Positions 44,714 to 61,137 of a stretch of 64,000 bases of DNA are shown piece after piece. The stretch is from the NCBI RefSeq assembly GCF_009914755.1, contig NC_060931.1, one strand, 5' to 3'. Source of the stretch: the human T2T-CHM13v2.0 reference genome, Homo sapiens. The position numbers and the translations under genes were made by a program. Every line of letters begins with the position of its first letter. Positions within the stretch are counted from its first letter, which is position 1. The notes below the pieces were generated by a model that worked only from the letters and a program-made list of their open reading frames with translations, was not told where the DNA came from and did no database searches.

Positions 44714-44937
44714 TTAAGGTTGTTCCTTTGGAGAGGATTTTTGTTTGCCTCTGCCAGGCATCTGGGAGCCCTACCAACCCAGGGCTACTTCAAATGATAC
44801 CAGGGTTTTGAGGGCCACCCAGGTAGTATAAATTCTAGCCCCAAAATTGTGTTAGAGCCACAATCGCGGTTAGCAAATCTTAGTGGAGATGTTACTCCCC
44901 AACCCAGGGGCAAGTTTTTCTACTGACTCTGTGTGTT

Positions 44938-44940
<3 letters not shown>

Positions 44941-44977
<37 letters not shown>
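44941..44977. repeat. (GT)~18 microsatellite
   Basis: Read directly. Confidence 0.95.
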
Positions 44978-44978
<1 letters not shown>

Positions 44979-45377
44979 CAGAGAGATTTTAACATTTCAT
45001 TAAGGATTTTGCCATTTGGGGTCCCAGTTCTATGCAAGAATCTTGTTGCCTCCTGTGTGGCCTTTGCTTTCTGTCTTATATGCATGGTGACCATTAAAAC
45101 CCAAAGCTTGAATGCTCCAGGGATGGGCAGATGCCTGCTGCCTGCTGTCAAGTTAGTGCTTGATTACCTCTAAATTCATGCTTTCCTGTCATTTTTGGCC
45201 TCTGAGACTATCAAAAGTTTCTTACTAATTCAGCTATGCATTAAAAAATCTAAATATCCAATCTAATATTTTTATGTGTTTTTTTCAACTACCAGGGTTC
45301 CTTAAGAGATTGGTTCACCATATTTTTAGAAATGGAAGTCCCTTCCTGTACCCTTGGGCATATGTGGGAGTTTGCCT

Positions 45378-45542
45378 AGAGCAGCAACCTGCAAACTTTT
45401 TCTGTAAAGGGCCAGCTAGTAAATACTTTATACTTTGTGGCCTATAAAGTCTCTATCCCAAATATTTAACTCTCTGTCATTGTAGTGCAAAAGCATCCAT
45501 AGACAATACAGCCTGTGGTCATGTTTTGCCATCCCTTGTTCT
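45378..45542. mobile_element. MER58-like (hAT) element
   Basis: GCAAACTTTTTCTGTAAAGGGCCAG..AGTAAATA motif. Confidence 0.65.
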
Positions 45543-45662
45543 AAGTATATGCCTAGAAGGGGAAATCCTGGGGCCTTCCTTTTTACTACCCCATATATGC
45601 AACCTCTTCCTATCCAACCCCTTTATTTCCTCGTGTATTACTTCTTGTTCTGTTGCTTTCTG

Positions 45663-45957
45663 CTTTGTTTGTTTGTTTTGAGACAGTCTCGCTCTGTTGC
45701 CTAGACTGGAGTGCAGTGGCACAATCTCGGCTCACTGCAACCTCCGCCCCCTGGAGGAGCGATTCTGTTGCCTCAGCCTTCCAAGTAGCCGGGATTATAG
45801 GTGCCTGCCACCATGCCTGGCTAATTTTTGTATTTTTCATAGAGACGGGGTTTCACCATGTTGGCCCAGCTGGTCTCGAACTCCTCACCTCGGGTGATAC
45901 ACCCACCTTGACCTCCCAAAGTGCTGGGATTACAGGTGTGAGCAACCATGCCTGGCC
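45663..45957 (-). mobile_element. Alu
   Basis: Alu dimer. Confidence 0.9.
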
Positions 45958-46456
45958 AGATGGAGCATTTCTTTTGGATGAGTATTTTTTTTTTTTTTTT
46001 TTTTTTTTAGTTTTAGGATACTCTGATGAGATTTCATGCACATTTAATTATAAGAATGTTACAATAGTTAACTCATTTCTTTGGTTTTTGTGAGCTTTTA
46101 AAAAGTCTATTCCTTTCCCTGGTATCAGAAGGGAGATGCTCTGGCCTCATATCTACCACTAATTAGCTGTGTGACCTTAGGCAGTCACCTAACTTTCCTG
46201 AGTCATAGTTTCCTCATTTCCAAGCTGGTGTTAGTACCTGCCTTGGTGCAACCCCAGAATTGGTCGCAATTAATATGACGGTGAGACGTGCTCTGTAGAA
46301 CATTAAATACATGCATAATACTACCCAAATCTTATTTATCCTCATAATAATCCCATCAGACTCGTAAAGCAAGCATAGCATTGGCATACATAAAAAGCAC
46401 TGTGTTGTTTTTACCCTCAAAACCTATTTCAGGTTAGTTTCAAAGAAGACAAATAC

Positions 46457-46595
46457 CTGCAGCACATTCTTTTTTATTTTTGTTATATTGGCAGTCAGCT
46501 GTGTAATGGTAGAGTTTGCCCGTCCTTGAGTGATTTGAGCTTGTTGTAACTGGTTCAATGTTTTGTCAAGATTTAATAGAATATTTGCTGCTTTC
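46457..46595 (-). CDS. LAMB4: Laminin beta-4 exon 31 (KAANILLNLDKTLNQ...KKNVLQ)
   Basis: CTTAG| acceptor, CAG|GTATTT donor; 139 nt, phase 2 to 0. Confidence 0.94.
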
Positions 46596-47494
46596 CTAAG
46601 GTAAGATATTAACATATCAGATTAGATAAATACACAATTATTCACTTATTTCACCTTGAGAGAGTTCATTTGACTCAACCAAATACTTTACTGAATTATT
46701 AAGTAAATTTAAATTACTCTTAAACAAGAGAAAGTGCTGAAGTCTTCATTTTGAGAAATAGGTATATTTAAATGCCAATAAAAAAAACCCCACACACGTA
46801 TATATTCATAGCCAGTGGATATATATTTTGTTAAATATGGAAATTAAGGATACAGGTTTGGGGTGATATAACTATCAATCTTTGCACATAAAAACTATCC
46901 CGTGAATTCCAGTTTCCCTGATGTCTCAAATGTAAGCTACACTTTCTCAATCTCTATTGGAGTGGGGGTTGGGAGGGTCCAGAGGCCCCACAGAGAGCAA
47001 AGAGAGGACTACAGGCCCTGCATTTTCAGGCTTGTTTATTCAGAGTTAGCTAAGCTTCACTGACATTCCAGCCACTAAGAAGCCCAAGGTTAAAATCACA
47101 AGCATTCCAAGTGATAACAGTCTTTCTGCAGAAAGGAACTCACCTCAAGTCAACAATCACCAAATACTTAGATCTGTGGGCTCAAGACCACCTTGAGAAG
47201 AATGTACCGAGGGAGTGAACTATCAGACAGACCTTTGCAGAAGCATCATTAGAAATGAGTGTGCCCACAGTAGAGTTAGCTAAATTGCAAAATATTCCCT
47301 TTACCACCCAGCCTATCCTTTCCTCCAATGGTAATCTCTGTTTCCCTTTCTAACCTTCAGGAGCCTTCCCTCCTCATCATCCCACCGCCACCACCATTTC
47401 ATTTCTGTAACATTCCCAGGGTACCAGTGTCCATTTTTTCTATTCCCTGCCACCATTATCTTTTTCTTATATTATTTTTTCCTTTAGATTTTTA

Positions 47495-47816
<322 letters not shown>

Positions 47817-48046
47817 TCAATGTACTGCTTATTATAGCAAATTTAGAGAGTACCAAAAAAAAAAAAAAAAAGAAAAAAAAACGTAAGAAGGGGAAAAAAT
47901 ACCAGTAATCTTGCCATCTTTTAAAATGTTAGGATATTGTAGCAAAATTTTTTATTTTCATAATTAAGATCCTCTTTCATGTATAGATTGTTACCTGCTT
48001 TTTATTTTCAACTTCCTGTTCAGTTTGGATGTTACCTGCTTTTTAA

Positions 48047-48406
<360 letters not shown>

Positions 48407-48443
48407 CATCAGTATCACTTTTAATTGCTGTGTGATTACTTGA

Positions 48444-48736
<293 letters not shown>

Positions 48737-49099
48737 TACTTAATCTTTTAAGTAATTGCTGTGCAGTTAATCTTCCTCGTTTTAAATATTAAACCTAGAA
48801 GGGGTTGGACTTTTGGATGAATCTGGTGCACTTCGTTTATACACGTGGATGATGAGACAGTGACAATGGCTCAGATCTCAGTGATGGTGGGTGTTGATGA
48901 TACTACCACCTAACTGATCCTGTAACCCTGACCCACAGCACCCCATGCTCATAAAAACATCAACCTGGCTTTTCTTTTTTGGTTGGCTAAGTCAACAGGA
49001 CAAAAGGCAAGAGTTAGTTAACTCTGTATACCATAGATATCATTTTCATCTTGCAGTACTCCTGGAGCTCTAGTGTCCGTTCTGTTCCTCATCATTATA

Positions 49100-49179
49100 T
49101 TGGGTTGGTGCAAAAGGAATTGCGGTTTTTGCCATTATTTTCAATGGCAAAAACCGCAATTCCTTTTGCACCATCCTAA
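49100..49179. mobile_element. MADE1 (Hsmar1-derived MITE), 80-bp palindrome, miR-548-type hairpin
   Basis: Terminal inverted repeats TTGGGTTGGTGCAAAAGGAATTGCGG...CCGCAATTCCTTTTGCACCATCCTAA, TA on both flanks. Confidence 0.93.
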
Positions 49180-49636
49180 TATCTTTTTACTGAGAATATA
49201 CTGAGGAAGTGAAATATCAGACAGACTTTAAAAAATAATTTTGATTTCAAAGTACTGCTTAGTGTAGTAAACTTAGAAAATACCAAACATAGATAAATAA
49301 GGGAAAAACTATACCAATATTCCAACCACCTGTTAAAATATTGGCATATAATGAGTATTTCACATTTATTGGTATGCATTGGTATAAAAAGGTATCAGGC
49401 CACTGGAAAGGCATTTTGAGTCTAAGAAAACAGGAAGAAAACAACCCTGAACCCTGTCACCGAGTCACTCAGCTTCCCGGGGAATCTCCAAAGAGAGCTC
49501 AGCCCTCAACTTGGGCACTGAACTATCAGAAGGTAATTTCATTTGAATGCTATAGATCCCTAGGCAAACATTTTCCTGATGTCCTTTCAGCAGATGGTCT
49601 GTTAGAGCAAGATAAGAATATTAATACAGTACTTAC

Positions 49637-49844
49637 TCAGCTGCTTTGGCCTTCACCAAAAGCTTTTGGGCTCCATCTGCTTCTTCATTTAACCTGTTTT
49701 CATCTGTCCTGTAATCCTCACAGAGTTGCATATGTTTCTGTATTTTGACAAGTTCATCGGTTAGATTTTGGGATGGAATTGGTAGGTGAATGTCAAGCAC
49801 ACCATTCGCAACCTTCTCGATGTCTTCTGGAGGCACGTTTTCCT
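49637..49844 (-). CDS. LAMB4: Laminin beta-4 exon 30 (EENVPPEDIEKVANGVLDIHLPIPSQ...KAKAAE)
   Basis: TTTAAG| acceptor, GA|GTAAGT donor; 208 nt, phase 1 to 2; homologous to the beta-chain IE.VA..VL..LP segment. Confidence 0.94.
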
Positions 49845-50412
49845 CTTAAATAAGAAGCAGGGTTTTAGGTAATCATGTCTCCTTAACAAACACTGTATCT
49901 TAAAAGTATAACCACAATGATGTCTCAGCCAAATGCACTTGCACTTGATTATGTGCCCCTAGAATACAGGGATTAGATTGTAGCTTCCTATAGATTCTTC
50001 TTCATCCTCAGCTGTCCCTTCTCTCTGGAAGAAACAGTGCTCACTGAGTGCTGAATACTTGCTGAACAAGTGCTTGTTGGAAAAACAAAATACTAAAGAC
50101 TTGGAACATTGTGTGTATTCTACAAAATGTCCTGAGAATGATTTATTATAAGTACATACTCAAAAGCAATTAACATGTTTAGATACCTGTCATGAAGATT
50201 TAAGCACAATGAATGAGACACTGGAGAAGCTCTGCGTTTGAAGTCAACAAAACTGGATTCTGGTCCTCCATGACATTAAAAAGTCTCACAATTTTTGCTC
50301 ATCTATGTAATTGGGTAACTATACCTGATGCTACAACTCAGAGGCCTATTCTGGGATTGGAGTGAGACAATACAGAGTAAAGGAACATGTTAGTAGCATG
50401 TTATAAAGAAAC

Positions 50413-50707
50413 TTTTTTTTTTTTGAGACAGAGTCTCACTCTGTCACCAGGCTGGAGTGCAGTGGTGGCACAATCTCGGCTTACTGCAACCTCTGACTTC
50501 CTGGTTCAAGCGATTCTCCTGCCTCAGCCTCCTGAGTAGCTGGGATTACAGGTATGCACCACCATGCCCAGCTAATTTTTTTTGTATTTTTAGTAGAGAT
50601 GGGGTTTCACCATGTTGGCCAGGATGGTCTCGATCTCCTGACCTCCTGATCCACCCACCTTGCCCTCCCAAAGTGCGGGGATACAGGCATGAGCCACTGT
50701 GCCCCCC
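50413..50707 (-). mobile_element. Alu
   Basis: Alu dimer; TSD AAAGAAACTTT. Confidence 0.9.
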
Positions 50708-50796
50708 AAAGAAACTTTCAAATACATCCATGCTCTACTTTCCAGAAAAGTAAATTTGGCCCCTATTGAGAACTAAAGTGTAAGATGAACTGTTAG

Positions 50797-51030
50797 AGCA
50801 AGCTTGTTCGACCCACAGCCCAGGGGCCACATGTGGCCCAGGACGGCTTTGAATGTGGCCCAACACAAATTTGTAACCTTTCTTAAAACATTGTGAGATT
50901 TTTTGTGTGTGATTTTATTTTTATTTTTAGCTCATCAGCCATCGTTAGTGTTAGTGTATTTTATGTGTGGCTCAAGACAATTCTTCTTCCAGTGTGGCCC
51001 AGGGAAGCCAAAAGATTGGATACTCCTGTG
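50797..51030. mobile_element. MER30-like (hAT) element
   Basis: GGCCCAGGACGGCTTTGAATGTGGCCCAACACAAATT...GAAGCCAAAAGATTGGA. Confidence 0.75.
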
Positions 51031-51700
51031 TTACAGCAAAGCCATTTGTCACTCTCCAGCTACTTAGTGAACACCTACAATTCCCATAGGGAAGCTAGAG
51101 ATGAACTAGACAAGGATCTTATCCTCAGGGGGCTTGCCGTCAGGTGAGGACCTATAAGTCATTATATACAAATATTGATCACACAGGAACAGAAGTGATC
51201 AATATAAGGCAAATGCTATGGGGTTCAGAGGAAGGAGAAAATACTCCAGGAAGGACTTCAGATGCATTGAAACTAGACCTGGGAGGACAGCAGGTTAAAC
51301 TTGTGGAGACTGTGGGGTGTGGGGAGGGGTAAGAGATATTCTAAACTGAGAGAATTACAGGAGCTAAAGCTCAGGGTGGTACAAGAAACAGTGCATGGAT
51401 CACTCTTGGCAGGAGAGTAGTGTGCTTAGAAGGGCTGGGAGCAGATGGCACAAGTCCCTGTGTCAGAGGCTAAGGAACTTACACTGTTCAGAGAACAGTG
51501 GGAGCCAAAAATGATTTTCAGCATTTGAGTGACATGACATGAATATATATTCTGCTTGTAGTCATTTTGCTTTAGCTATTTTTCTTAATATAAATGAAAT
51601 ATTTTACTTTCTGTAATATTTTTGAAGCAATGTGACAAGAATTTTTTTGTGAGGGAAGTAAAATGACATTTTAAATAGAATCAGGGAGTTGGCTCTTTAA

Positions 51701-52033
<333 letters not shown>

Positions 52034-52048
52034 TAATTAAAAAAGTTC

Positions 52049-54145
52049 TAGTACATCATACTGAATGGGCAAAAGCTGAAGCATTCTCCTTGAAAACCAG
52101 CACAAGACAAGGATGCCCTCTCTTACCACTCCTGTTCAACATAGTATTGGAAGTCCTGGCCAGAGCAATCAGGCAAAAGAAAGAACAAAGCGTATCCAAA
52201 TAGGAAGAGAGGAAGTCAAACTATCCCTGTTTGCAGATGGCATGATCTTATATCTAGAAAACCCCGTAGCCTTGGCCCAAAAGCTCCTTAAGCTGATGAC
52301 TTCAGTAAGGTCTCAGGATACAAAATCAATGTACAAAAATCACTAGCATTCCTATACATCAGCAACAGTCAAGCCAAGAGCCAAGCCAGGAAGGCAATCT
52401 CATTCACAATTGCCACAAAAAGAATAAAATACCTAAGAATACAGCTAACCAGGGAGGTGAAAGATCTCTACAGGGAGAACTACAAAACACTGCGCAAAGA
52501 ATCCAGAGGTGACTCAAACAAATGGAAAAAGATTCCATGCTCATAGATAGGAAGAATCAATATCATTAAAATGGCTATACTGCCCAAAACAATGTGCAGA
52601 TTCAAGGTTATTCTTATCAAACTACCAATGACATTCTTCACAGAACTAGAAAATATATTTTAAAGTTCATATGGAACAAAAAAACAGCCCGACTAGCCAA
52701 GGCAATCCTAAGCAAAATGAACACAGCTAGAGACATCGTGCTATCTGACTTCAAGCTGTAATACAGGGCTACAGTAACCAAAACAGCATGGTGCTAGTAC
52801 AAAAAACAGACACATAGATGAATGGAACTGAAAAGAGAGTCCAGAAATAAGGCCACACATCTAGAACTATCTGATCTTTGACAAAGTCAACAAAACCAAG
52901 AAATGGGGAAAAGACTCCCTCTTCAATAAATGGTGTGGGATAACTGGCTAGCCATATGCAGAACGCTGAAACTGGACCCCCTCCTTACATCTTATATGAA
53001 AATTAACTCAAGATGGATTAAAGACTAAAATGTAAAACCCAAAAGTATAAAAACCTTGGAAGGCAACCTAGACAATATTATTCAGGACACAGGCATGGGC
53101 AAAGATTTCATGATAAAGACACCACAAGCGACTACAACAAAAGCAAAAACTGAGAAATGGAATCTAATTAAAGAGCTTCTGCTCAGCAAAAGAAACTATC
53201 AACAGAGTAAACACAACCTACAGAATGGGAGAAAATTTTTGCAAACTATGCATCTGACAAAGGTCTAATATCCAGCATCTATAAGGAACTTAAATCTACA
53301 AGAAAAAAACAACCCCCTTAAAAAGTGGGCAAAGGACATAAACAGATACTTTTCAAAAGAAGACATCCATGGGGCCAACAAGCATATGAAAAAAAGCTCA
53401 ACATCACTGATCATTAGAGAAATGCAAATCAAAACCACAATGAGGTACCATCTCACACCAGTCTGAATGGTGATTATTAAAAAGTCAAAAAATAACAGGT
53501 GCTGATGAGATTGCAGAGAGAAAGAAACACTTATACAGTGTTGGTGGGGGTGTAAATTAATTCAACCATTGTGGAAAACAGTGTGGTGATTCCTCAAAGA
53601 CCTAAAAAAAGATTACAATTTGACCTAGCAATCTCATTACTGGGTATATACCCAAAGGGTTAGACATCATTCTATCATAAAGACACACTCACATGCATGT
53701 TCATTGCAGCATTATTCACAGGAGCAAAGACATGGAATCAACCTATATGCCCATCAATGATAGACTGGATAAAGAAAATGTTGTACATATACGCCATGGA
53801 TACTATGCAGACATAAAAAAGAATGAGATCTTATCCTTTGCCAGAACATGGATAGAGCTGGAGGCCATTATCCTTAGCAAACTAACACAGGAGCAGAAAA
53901 CCAAATACCGCATGTTCTCACTTATAAATGGGAGCTAAATGATGAGAACACATGGACACATAGAGGGGAACAACACACACTGGGGCCTTTTGGAAGGTGG
54001 AGGGTGGGAGGAAGGAGAAGATCAGGAGAAATAACTAATGAGTACTAAGCTTAATACTTGGGTGATGAAATAATCTGTACAACAAACCCCTGTGACTCGA
54101 GTTTACAAACCTGCACATGTACCTCTGAACTTAAAAGTTAAAAAA
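52049..54145 (+). mobile_element. 5'-truncated L1 (older L1PA-type): degenerate ORF2 3' part plus 3'UTR, antisense to LAMB4
   Basis: ORF2 remnants ([24 protein letters not shown]; ELEAIILSKLTQEQKTKYRMFSL) with stops and frameshifts; L1 3'UTR; TSD AAAAAAGTTC at ~52039 and ~54143. Confidence 0.93.
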
Positions 54146-55183
54146 AAAGTTCGAATGAAAAGTGAAGTTCCTTCAATCACTTATTCATTCATCAAATAGT
54201 TATTTGTATTTATTATGAGATTATAGATTCAAATTTTTATATATAGAACTTTCAGGAGAAGTGATACATCCCTTTGTTAATAAGGCATTCAGATTTCAAG
54301 AAAAATATTAGGGTGGTCAAACAAGAGCTGAATAGTGTGGTCATCATCTAATGTAATGATAATTTTATTGGGGCTTTATAGCCAGGCAAAGAGAAGCAAG
54401 AGGTCGGTGGAGGGCATTGCAAGGCATGAAAGCTTCCTGGTCACCAGGGCTCTAGGGACACTGAGCAGTAAGAAGTTCCTTGTAAGAAACAGGATTTTTC
54501 TCTATGCCTAGTTGTAATGATAGTTCTTTATGCCTTTAGTTTTAATAATCTGGACATAGATTTCTTTCAATTCCTCAAGTTAATTAAAGTAAAATATTTA
54601 TTAGAAACGTATTCAGTAGCAATGAAGAGTAATAAGAGGACAGGCTCTATGACCCAGCAAACTAGATAGAAAGGAGGTCATGTAGACCCTATTCTACCAG
54701 TTCATGCAATTAGTTTAGCAACTTTGATTTTGATGTTTGTTTTGGTGCCTTCTTAGTTCAGCCTATTCCTAGACCTGGGTCCAGTCAATACAGATTCATC
54801 CAGCTTACTCATTGAAAGTTTGCTTTTGAATCAACAACATGTCCAGTAGACTGATTCTACCCCATTCGTTTTTACTGACTATTTTTGTCAAAGGTAATTT
54901 CCACCTGATTTTTGTTTATCTTGAAAACAACAGCTAGAAACTGCCAATTCAATTTCTAGAAATATTGAGACAGGAAAAACAAACAACAACAACAAAAAAA
55001 CAAACCCAAAAAACCTTGGCCACAGGGGTCTCTCACACATATTAAGTAGAATAATGAAGTGATTGAAGAGATTGTAATGGATGCTCCAATTGCCAATTCA
55101 TGTATAAAATGTTAAATTATTGAATTTGAAAAATGGTTATGGAAAATAAAGCCTCTTCACATTAATCATCTCTCTCTCTCAAT

Positions 55184-55186
<3 letters not shown>

Positions 55187-55227
<41 letters not shown>
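55187..55227. repeat. (TG)~20 microsatellite preceded by (CT)n
   Basis: Read directly. Confidence 0.95.
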
Positions 55228-55234
<7 letters not shown>

Positions 55235-55857
55235 CAGAGAGTAAGGTTTCAGGTCAATTTCCAGCTTCAGTACTTGATTTTTTTAATCTTTACTAATTCT
55301 CTGGAGTTTAAAATGAGCCTCTCCCAAAGTAAGGCATAATGTACAATAAATCAGCTACTTTTGGTCAGCCACAGAGAACCAACAAAAGAAGACTTGGAAA
55401 ATAGTCAATAATAGCTAATAATTTTTTTTAGATGCCAACTCCCTATGATATTTGATATCTAATTAAAATTCAGCATATCTTGATCTCATATCATTTCTGT
55501 CAGCAAAGAAAATTACTGAATCCTGATGTTAGGGAATCTGATAGAATTGTCATGTTGAACTTTCCTTAAAAAAAACATAAAATAACTTTAAACACAAAGT
55601 TCATGTGTTTGGAATTTTAACTAAATTCTAGCATTTGTTACCACATTTATCTTTTACAGAAAGCTGTAATTTTTTGGCACAGAGTTGGTATTTTGAGATT
55701 ATTCTCATTAAGGAATTAAAAACCAAAGGGTATATCATTTTTCTGATTTAGGCTTGTCATTTCCAATTAATATAATTTGGAACTGGCTATGATGTTTGAC
55801 TATACATTAAAAAGGGAAAAAAACAAAAACTAGTCCTAATATATATTTTTAAATTAC

Positions 55858-56002
55858 CTAACAAAAAGTTTTTCACTTTTTTGATGAAAAGATTGATGTT
55901 TTCTTCTTCAGAGTCACTTTGGTTTCTTATATTTCCCAGTTTTTCCCTCAGCTGTAAGGCATTGTTTTTGGAGACTTCTGCCTGTTCACTTATACTTTCG
56001 AT
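55858..56002 (-). CDS. LAMB4: Laminin beta-4 exon 29 (IESISEQAEVSKNNA...KKVKNFLL)
   Basis: TTCCAG| acceptor, TAG|GTAATT donor; 145 nt, phase 0 to 1. Confidence 0.94.
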
Positions 56003-56760
56003 CTGGAATGAGAAAAACACAATGAAGAATACTCGACAATATACTCAACAAAGTCATGTTCTTTGATGTTTAATTACTTAGCTGGACCAAATAAAACTGT
56101 CACTAAAAACTAAATAAAAGTCTAGATAAACCATAGATTCATTTGCAAGGAATCTTTTACAAGGTGATTATTATCTCTTCTCATTATCATGTTTTCTTTA
56201 ATTTATCATTAATTTATCTTTTAGAACATTACTGACTTAGCACTAACGAATTTTTCTAATATAAGTCTAAAACACAAATTTTGTTTTAATGGGGCTTTAG
56301 CATTCTTTAATACCAACAACTTTCCCATAAATTACATAGGACTACTTACCTGCCATGGTCATCACGTTTAATAGGTTGAGAGCATTTTCTTTTATGTAAG
56401 TTAAAATGTTACTCTTCTAAACATTCCTCAAATTCAAGTAATGTACTTTCTTTGAAAACTAACAAAAAAGCATTCTTCCTCTTAATAAATGAGCTTGAAC
56501 TGAGAGTGGGCTACAAAGATAAATTCCAGACACTTTGTACTCTTGGTAGAGGAATGACAGGAATAATAGGCTAGCAAACTAGAAGTGCAAATTCTTAATT
56601 GTGTGATCTGAGAAAGGTCATGGACTTTTTCTTGGGATTCCAACAAATTAGAGAGAGAGAAAAAACCCAGAAGCAATAGGACAATATTGCCAACAAGCTG
56701 AGCTTTATTGAATAAATTAATTGTGACAGAAGTAGGGCTAGTTAGGATCAAACATAATTA

Positions 56761-57162
<402 letters not shown>

Positions 57163-58028
57163 TTAAGAAAAGGATTTAAATTATAGTCACTGGCAAATGA
57201 TGAAATAAAAAAGTATTTACATGATTAAAAATGTGTATCTTTTTTTTCAGAGTTGTTACTTAATTCTCTAGAACTTTCTTAGCTTTAAAATGGATAGCAG
57301 TAAGAATGGATTGCAGTAAAATGAGAATTCCAGAAATAAAATACCCTAGGCAGCAAAGCACCAAGTGATACAGAGGAAATCTCAGGCTAGATTAGTTGAT
57401 ACCATATTCAGAAAGAAAGAGATCAAGAAATTACTTCACTCTTAAAACATCCCTCTGCAATCCATCTTCTGTCACAACTGACTCCTGAGAATTCTCTCAC
57501 AATCTCTTCTGGCACTCTTCCTCCTTCTAATCAAGAGGAAAATAGCACACCATTTCATCAACATGACATCCCCTCTCATCGTTTTCCAGTTCTCCATTTA
57601 TGTGCTGATTAAACTAGCTTCTGCTAATATGGATTTCAAGGATAATTTTTTAACACTGATAGCTTAACATATTATTGACTTAATGATATGATCAAGTGGC
57701 AATCAGGACTCCTTTAAATGTGGGTGAGGTTTCTATTTTTTTGAGAAGGAGCAATATAATAGTTTAAAATTACATTAAACAATGAAGGTGTGTTTTAAGC
57801 ACTGGGACATAAGACCAGGATTTACATTGCTATGTTTGCTGCTGTATTCTCAACTTGTAGATGGATGCCTGGCACACAGTAGGTGGATATTTGTTAAAGC
57901 AATGAAGAACGACATGTGAATGGAAAATGATGTGGCAATACAGAATTGTGACTATGTAAGTAAAGTTTCAATATTTATGTAGGGATATGTTCCAGATTGG
58001 CTAATCAGATGCTTGCTCAAGGATATAG

Positions 58029-58555
<527 letters not shown>

Positions 58556-59024
58556 TAGTGGTAAAAAATTCAGCTCTTTAAAAGCTTTTTCTTCTTTGTC
58601 AGAGGCTCTTTGCGTATTGTCAAAAAAGAAACAGATTGGGGAGCACACCACTATCCTGTTTTCAAACCACAGAATAAAATGCATTCTCAAAAAAAAAGTC
58701 TAAAGAAAACTAGGTAATTAAAAATGATGCTCATTTATAAATGACCAGAAAAGTAAATGAAATTATTTCAAATCATTATAGATTTAATTATAAGGTACTT
58801 AAATGTTAAAACAACTTTCTCAGTCTATCAACAGGGGAATGAGTTCAAGGTATGGTTTAATTCCTATTAAGCTATTTTCTAACATTAAATTCTAACATTA
58901 CAATTTGTATATTTAGTAGGTTTTCAAATATACCCTTACATATTTATGAATTTATGAAAAATTATTCTTTGCTTTGAGAGATCTATAGTTTTCAACCCTT
59001 TTAAAAATTAATTTATATATTTCT

Positions 59025-59173
59025 TTTATTATTATTATTATTATTTTAAATAAAGTAGAGATACGGCCTCCCTGTGTTTCCCAGGCAGGTCTTGAACCCC
59101 TGGGCTCAAGGGATCCTCCTGCCTTGGCCTCCCAAAGTGCTAGGATTATAGGCGTGACCCACTACTCCTGGCC
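59025..59173 (-). mobile_element. Alu left monomer (FLAM-like)
   Basis: Single arm with (TAT)n tail. Confidence 0.8.
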
Positions 59174-59310
59174 TGTTTCCAAATTTTTAATGCTTGGAGT
59201 CTTGACATTTCTATGTAGGTTTTGCTGTAAACAAACATGTCCACACGAGTCTATGACCTATGATAATGTATCTTGAATTCTTTCTCTCTCTCTTTACACA
59301 CACACGTACA

Positions 59311-59796
59311 CACTTGACTTTTGAATGACACAGGTTGGAACTGCACACGCCCACTTATATACAAATTTTTTTCAATAAAACTTACACTGAGTGTGCCTGC
59401 CTCTTCTGCCTCCCCTTCCACCTCCTCCACCCCTGCCATCTCTGAGACAGCAAGACCAACCCCTCTTCTTCCTCCTCCTCAGCCTACTCAATGTGATGAC
59501 GATGAAGACCTTAATGATGATCTATTTCCTCTCAATGAATAGTAAGTATATTTTCTCTTCCTGATGATTTTTCTGATAATATTCTCTTTTTTCTAGCTTA
59601 CTTTATGGTTATATTATGATATATAATACATACATAAATATATGTTAATTGACTGTTTAAGTTATGGGTAAGGCTTCCAGTCAACAGTGGGCTATTAGCA
59701 GTTAAATTTTGGGGGAGTCAAAAGTTACACATAAATTTTCAATTGTAGAGTGGAGGCTTGGTGCCCCTAACCCCTATGTTGTTCAAGGGTCAACTG
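59311..59796. mobile_element. Tigger2a-like DNA transposon
   Basis: Terminal GTTGTTCAAGGGTCAACTG-TA, degenerate matching left TIR CACTTGACTTTTGAA, and internal CCTCCTCCTCAGCCTACTCAA. Confidence 0.75.
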
Positions 59797-60014
59797 TATA
59801 CATATATATAACAGGAAATATATCAATATTAACCTCTGTTTCTAAATCTACATTCATATCATCTGTAATTTTATCCTATATTTCCAGGCACAAGAACACC
59901 AACTATCTAGAATCTATCTTCTCACTTGGAAGTTATATGGCAGTTTTATAAATTTTAAGCAGTCTGCTTCTTTATTGCTATAACTTTACAAATAAAGCAA
60001 GAGAAGATATTTAC

Positions 60015-60218
60015 CTGATTTTTCAACCCACGAACCTGTTTGTCCAAATTACGAATAATGGATTTTGCTTCCTGGGCTTTTTGGAGGGCATTCGTTGAGA
60101 GGGTCAGGGAGCCGTGACAGCCGGGACCCCTACACTTCCTGTGCCCCTTCCGGCCCGTGCAGAGAGCACCGCCACAGGGCAAGGGCACACATGGCACATT
60201 TCCTGGATCTCCGCACAC
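60015..60218 (-). CDS. LAMB4: Laminin beta-4 exon 28, beta-knob/domain alpha (VCGDPGNVPCVPLPCGGALC...KCRGPGCHGS...GLKNQ)
   Basis: Six-Cys insert diagnostic of laminin beta chains; GCAAG| acceptor, CAG|GTAAAT donor; 204 nt, phase 0-0. Confidence 0.96.
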
Positions 60219-60248
60219 CTTGCAAGAGAAATGATTTACGTTAAATAG

Positions 60249-60560
<312 letters not shown>

Positions 60561-60770
60561 TGGCTGTCAGAACTCTAATGCCATCCAGGCTCCTTGAGTC
60601 AAGGCACTGCTTTATTCATATGTTTCTTCAATAGTTGTTCATCCTTGGTACATGGGGGTAACCCATTAAACATTTCCTAGGTAACTAAACATCTAAATTA
60701 CTTATCAGTATTGTGTCAGTCTGTCATCCTTTATATTTATGGTTTTCTGAGAAAACAGTCAAACTTTTAG

Positions 60771-61137
<367 letters not shown>

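Noticed and set aside
52113-53938. Reverse-transcriptase-like ORF fragments
   Set aside because: Broken ORF2 of a truncated, inactive L1
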